A stretch of 64,000 bases of DNA from IMG/VR virus record IMGVR_UViG_3300044858_003017. One strand, written 5' to 3'. This stretch comes from a virus. Every line of letters begins with the position of its first letter. Within the stretch, counting starts at the first letter, position 1. A program made the position numbers and the translations under genes. The notes below the pieces were generated by a model. The model saw nothing but the letters and a program-made list of their open reading frames with translations. It was not told where the DNA came from and ran no database searches. Positions 59,719-64,000 of the stretch are shown piece after piece.

Positions 59719-60546
59719 TTATACGTAAATGAAAATGTCTCCGGTGTTTGTATCAACGTGTATCGTTCCTTGACCTGCACCAGATCCTCCATAGATTGGT
59801 GCTGCACTAGGAGCAACTGCACTAGTTTCTACCGCTCCAGCATATACTGCGGGAACAAAAGAATTACCTGTTGAATTAAATGATGAAGTAAACCCCCAAC
59901 GTGTTGTGCCACTATCATAACCATACAATTCGCCAATGTTTTGCGTACCTTGTTGTACTACAATACCACCATCGCCCGTTGTATTAGACCCCGATGCAAA
60001 CAATACAAAACGGTCGCCTACTAATAAATTTTGCGTGTTTTGAAATGATGCTGTACCTAATACAACTAAATTACCCGTTAATGTTAATCCAACAAATGTA
60101 GGAGAGTCTCCCGTTTCTAAACCTAAATCTATAGTTGATCCAGCAACGCCGTTATTTGTAAGAAGTGCTTGACCTTGTCCAGGACTTGATAATACAGATG
60201 ATGAAATTACCGTGCTACCCGCTAATATTTGTGCTTGTGTTACGGTACCACCTAACGCTGTTGCATTTCCAGCAATCGTTATGCTAGAATTGGTTAAACT
60301 TGCATTAGGAATTCCACCTAATGTAAACGTAATAGAATCAGCACCTGCATTACCTACAATGTTTAAACCTGCACCTGATGATGATGCAAATGTAAGCGTA
60401 TCTGCGGAGCTATCTGCTAATACGTCAATTCCATTAATTGACATCGTTGCGAACGATCGAACCGATGATGGTGTTAAATATCCAGCATCATTATTTAATT
60501 GTGATATGTTACTACCCGATACTACTACTTTTTTCCAAGTTGCCAT
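59719..60546 (-). CDS. Tail fibre-like structural protein
   Basis: MATWKKVVVSGS N-terminus shared with 57201..59438. Confidence 0.7.
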   Translation of the reverse strand: MATWKKVVVSGSNISQLNNDAGYLTPSSVRSFATMSINGIDVLADSSADTLTFASSSGAGLNIVGNAGADSITFTLGGIPNASLTNSSITIAGNATALGGTVTQAQILAGSTVISSSVLSSPGQGQALLTNNGVAGSTIDLGLETGDSPTFVGLTLTGNLVVLGTASFQNTQNLLVGDRFVLFASGSNTTGDGGIVVQQGTQNIGELYGYDSGTTRWGFTSSFNSTGNSFVPAVYAGAVETSAVAPSAAPIYGGSGAGQGTIHVDTNTGDIFIYV

Positions 60547-60577
60547 TTATTTTCCTATTTTATTATAAATATATGCA

Positions 60578-60919
60578 TCAATCTAAACCTACAAAAAATG
60601 ATCCAGACGTAAAATATATTCCGCCATTTGGTGCTGTGCCTGTTAGTTCTGCACTTTGTGTTGCTACTACGACGACACCACTTTGTGATACTGTTAATAC
60701 GGGTTGATTGTTAAAATTTTTTATTAAAAATATATTGTTTACGTCACTTTTAATTTCCAATGATCCAGTTATAACTGCACTACCGGAAAATGGAAACGTG
60801 CCTCCGCCGCCGCCGCCGTTTAAAGCAAATGATGCAGTTAATGCATAACTAGAAGAAATATTAAATAAAGATCCGGTTTGTAATTGTCCGGGCTTAAACT
60901 GCCTTGCCATTATGCCCAT
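60578..60919 (-). CDS. Small structural protein
   Basis: SSSYA/TASFA, FPFSGSA.ITGSL; start probably 60910. Confidence 0.6.
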   Translation of the reverse strand: MGIMARQFKPGQLQTGSLFNISSSYALTASFALNGGGGGGTFPFSGSAVITGSLEIKSDVNNIFLIKNFNNQPVLTVSQSGVVVVATQSAELTGTAPNGGIYFTSGSFFVGLD

Positions 60920-62133
60920 CTCCCTTTAACTACAATGACATCAGTTGCACTAAGTGTATATCCTAATTCTGTAGTATCAAAAACAATTGTTTGTGATGTA
61001 ATGTCACTAGGCGTCCATGTATATACTATTTTATCAATATACTGACCATTGATAAATACATCAAATTCATTTTTAGATGCAACTGCAAAGGTAACCGGAT
61101 TAACTGCTGCTAATGCCGGAATAGTTATCGTAGTTGCATTTGAATATGTTGCAATCTCTTCAGTTAATTCGGTTAAGTATGACATTACTTGTGCATTAAT
61201 TGTTATAGCTCCAGATGGAGTATTAGCAACAACCTGTCCTCCAGAAAATATATTAGCTTGTTGTTGTAATATTGCAGTTGGTAATGCAATCGATTCAAAT
61301 ATATTTTGTTCAACATCGACTACTATATCAAACGTAACTCGTTTTACGGAATACATTTTTTTCAACGTTGATATTCTAGCTTCTTGACCAGAAAGTAAAG
61401 TTGCTTGCACCGTTAACGGTAATGTTGCACGAACCAAACGATCTTCGCCAACGGTATTTACGGTTTCGAATGATATTGATCCAATTGTTGTTGCAAATTT
61501 ATTTGATTCATTTCCCCAAGCAAATCGGCTGTATGTAAATATTTGATCTACTAATTCATTAAGTTGTGTAGTAAAATCACACCAAACTAACATTTCATAT
61601 TCAACAGTTACATATTTTGGGATATCAACAATCATTACTTGTTGTGATGATTGTGGTTGTTGAAGTGGTATTGGAAATAATTCATCTTCATAACGATTTT
61701 TTTCATTATATCTTTGTCGATATACAATTTGATTTCCAGCTTGTGGCCAATTGACATCCAATGTTTTAAATGAATCTCGTTCTGCTACCGAACTTCTTTT
61801 TAACATAATTAATGGTGACTGTAACATGCCTTTTTCATCGCGTAAATATCCTAGGCGCTGTACATTGTCCCACTTTTCACCATTTGCATAAATTACTGGT
61901 ACTGATATAATAGTTTGTTGTGCTTTAATTTGCGGTTGAATTTCATTTTCAACATACCATTTAATGGCATAATCTACATCATATAATGTTCTTTTTGGCG
62001 AACGAATTACGTCATCATCTCGTCGTGTTTGCATAGATCGATCTAAAACACGATCGCCTCGTATACTTTCTACAATATCCAAACTTGGTTTGTTTGTTTT
62101 GCGATCGATATTTTTTTTATTCAGTCTAGGCAT
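60910..62133 (-). CDS. Tail terminator / sheath stabiliser (T4 gp15-like) with a C-terminal extension
   Basis: VPVIYANGEKW, P.I.L.R, PKYV.V.YE; follows the neck genes. Confidence 0.65.
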   Translation of the reverse strand: MPRLNKKNIDRKTNKPSLDIVESIRGDRVLDRSMQTRRDDDVIRSPKRTLYDVDYAIKWYVENEIQPQIKAQQTIISVPVIYANGEKWDNVQRLGYLRDEKGMLQSPLIMLKRSSVAERDSFKTLDVNWPQAGNQIVYRQRYNEKNRYEDELFPIPLQQPQSSQQVMIVDIPKYVTVEYEMLVWCDFTTQLNELVDQIFTYSRFAWGNESNKFATTIGSISFETVNTVGEDRLVRATLPLTVQATLLSGQEARISTLKKMYSVKRVTFDIVVDVEQNIFESIALPTAILQQQANIFSGGQVVANTPSGAITINAQVMSYLTELTEEIATYSNATTITIPALAAVNPVTFAVASKNEFDVFINGQYIDKIVYTWTPSDITSQTIVFDTTELGYTLSATDVIVVKGRWA

Positions 62134-62657
62134 TAGATTCCTTTCCTAAATGCGGGAGATTGATTACTACCCCCTCGACGTATATCGGTAATATTTTGTG
62201 GTGTTTGACGAGTTGTATGTGCATCACATAATACTGAAACACTATATCCATATGTATTTCCATTTGGCCATGTATCTGGATTCTTACCTACAAAATATTG
62301 ATTTGATTCTACATTATCAATTTCATAATATTCATTGTCCCAAAATATAATATCACCAACTTCGGGATACAATGTAACGGTTTCTAATAAATCTCGAGAC
62401 AATGCAAATTGTGCCGTTCTAGTATATGAATGTCCATAATCATCCATTGTTGCTGATTTATTTTCTTTAGTTATAATGCAAGGCATTAAAATAGAATTGT
62501 AAAAGCTTTTTTGTTCAGATTCGCCATAAATATTTGAATCGCTTTGTTCTACAATTAATTTGTAATAAAGAATCTCAGTATCAATGATTGCATTAATTAA
62601 TTCTGAATTAATTGCTGCTAAAAATTTTGCATCTCGTTGACTGCCAAAAAGTGCCAT
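62133..62657 (-). CDS. Neck / head-closure protein (T4 gp14-like)
   Basis: NIYGE, PEVGDII.W....YEI. Confidence 0.7.
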   Translation of the reverse strand: MALFGSQRDAKFLAAINSELINAIIDTEILYYKLIVEQSDSNIYGESEQKSFYNSILMPCIITKENKSATMDDYGHSYTRTAQFALSRDLLETVTLYPEVGDIIFWDNEYYEIDNVESNQYFVGKNPDTWPNGNTYGYSVSVLCDAHTTRQTPQNITDIRRGGSNQSPAFRKGI

Positions 62658-62668
62658 GTAATTCCCCC

Positions 62669-63895
62669 TTATCCAACATAAATTTTTAATGGAACTTTTG
62701 CTAACATCTCATGCATTTGAGTCGATTCAGCATTTTGACGAGTCATCATGTTTTCTTTAGTTAATTTATCTAAAAATTCTCGCAATTGCGTTATAAGCGT
62801 TTCTTTTTCAGATTGACCTTGTGATGTTAAATCACCTCCATTAAGTGTTACTTCACCATTTGGAATGGGAACACTACTGTATTTACCCCGTACAAATCCT
62901 AACATTTCTTTTGCAAGCGCCGTACCGTATTTAAAAATCCACGCACGCCCCATATCATTAATGTTACTGTATGTTTGATATGTATATGGTATATTTGATG
63001 CGTCACTTACAACATCGTTTAAAAGTGCTGTATTGCCAAATAATACGCTTTGATTGTCTTTATCTTCTGTAACTATAAAATCTACATATACATTTTTAAA
63101 GTATGGTGTTGCTGAGCTTGATCCGGTTGGGGCAACTGGAACTGGCCAAAATTTAATATCATCTCCATGTAGCTCAAATGAATAGCTAGATTTTCTTACA
63201 GTATCATTAAATTCAATTGCTTGCAATCTAAATAAATCTGCATTAATTGGCATCATCATAAATGATACTGACGGAGAAAATCCTCCAAAATCAAATGCAT
63301 CGAGTAATTGTTGAGAACCTAAACCTGTTCCTACAAACGGGTCAAAGTATCTTACAATGGCAGGGGGTGGATTATGAAGTACTCGTTTTACTTCAATTGA
63401 CCCTGATGATAATACTAATCCTAAAGATTTTGATATTGCGGTTATTAAATTATATGTTTGTTGTCCTGGCTCAACATCAATTCTTGCAGTTTTCCAAGAT
63501 AATGTTCCTCCAGAATCTGCTTCAGTGCCATATGCTTTTGAAAGCTTAGTTATATATCCAAATGAATTTCCAACTAATGCGCCGGTAAAACTTTCATCTG
63601 TTAAAAATGCAGATTCTGTTTTTATACCTAAAGTGTTAACTAAATTATTAACAATATTAACTTGATTAACTTGATTTGAATACTCAACAATTGCTGCTTC
63701 AAATGCCGTATAAAAATTAATATCTTGCAATTCTACATCCATGATTGGATATCCCAATGTTTGGGCAGCTAATTTGGCAAATTTGTCAGCATGTTGTTGA
63801 AACACAGCATCATTATCAAAAAATCCAAAAGGAGTATCACCGGGCTGAAATGAACTAGACCCGGGCCATATTGGTTTTTGAACGCTGTAATCCAT
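62669..63895 (-). CDS. Neck protein (T4 gp13-like)
   Basis: LGYP..DVEL, W..KY..ALAKE.LG..RGKY..P.G.VTLNG. Confidence 0.8.
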   Translation of the reverse strand: MDYSVQKPIWPGSSSFQPGDTPFGFFDNDAVFQQHADKFAKLAAQTLGYPIMDVELQDINFYTAFEAAIVEYSNQVNQVNIVNNLVNTLGIKTESAFLTDESFTGALVGNSFGYITKLSKAYGTEADSGGTLSWKTARIDVEPGQQTYNLITAISKSLGLVLSSGSIEVKRVLHNPPPAIVRYFDPFVGTGLGSQQLLDAFDFGGFSPSVSFMMMPINADLFRLQAIEFNDTVRKSSYSFELHGDDIKFWPVPVAPTGSSSATPYFKNVYVDFIVTEDKDNQSVLFGNTALLNDVVSDASNIPYTYQTYSNINDMGRAWIFKYGTALAKEMLGFVRGKYSSVPIPNGEVTLNGGDLTSQGQSEKETLITQLREFLDKLTKENMMTRQNAESTQMHEMLAKVPLKIYVG

Positions 63896-63910
63896 TATGC
63901 TCCTTTTTTA

Positions 63911-63919
63911 TATAAATAT
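63911..63919 (-). promoter_or_regulatory. Putative late promoter ATATTTATA
   Basis: About 16 nt before ATG 63895. Confidence 0.6.
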
Positions 63920-64000
63920 CAATACGTTTCATTTAGAAGTTTTAAAATTTCATTTAATGATTCGTGACGATGATTATCTAATAATATAATTTCATTTACA
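63919..64000 (-). CDS. 3' end of a probable PhoH-like protein (partial)
   Basis: ...IILLDNHRHESLNEIL...* resembles the PhoH C-terminus. Confidence 0.5.
   Translation of the reverse strand, partial: VNEIILLDNHRHESLNEILKLLNETY

Noticed and set aside
980-63549. All plus-strand ORFs in the track
   Set aside because: They are antisense shadows of well-supported minus-strand genes, with no recognisable motifs.
1-64000. Alternative genetic code (stop-codon reassignment)
   Set aside because: Conserved genes are full-length in code 11, and TAA, TGA and TAG all act as stops (the sheath ends in TAG).
1-64000. tRNA/rRNA genes, introns, inteins, homing endonucleases
   Set aside because: Intergenic gaps are short with no cloverleaf seen; PolB, NrdJ, helicase and RecA are uninterrupted and of normal size.

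Overview
A 64 kb, AT-rich segment of a large T4-like (myovirus) phage genome. Every credible gene is on the minus strand and reads in the standard code. The host is probably Bacteroidota/FCB (inference from Q-rule signal peptides, DUF5522 and TTTG-type promoters). In transcription order (right to left): end of a PhoH-like gene; neck/tail module (neck proteins, tail terminator, SGS-rich fibres, delta-60 propeller, sheath, tube, chaperone with a likely +1 frameshift, tape measure, baseplate); replication module (atypical PolA, gp32, RecA/UvsX, 5'-3' exonuclease, helicase, NrdJ, PolB, clamp, clamp loader, dUTPase); two modular putative effector genes sharing both N- and C-terminal tags; a 7-deazaguanine DNA-modification pathway (FolE, QueD, QueE, DpdL-like, DpdA-like; no QueC in the window) with an extra glycosyltransferase and a cytidylyltransferase; and a 10-gene glycosylation operon. 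The most notable feature is a lysis operon (2 holin-like genes, YkuD-type peptidase, amidase) that continues by translational coupling into a complete phage-encoded two-component system: two membrane histidine kinases, an exported coiled-coil protein, a single-domain response regulator and two membrane proteins. All assignments come from motifs recognised by eye; no database searches were run.
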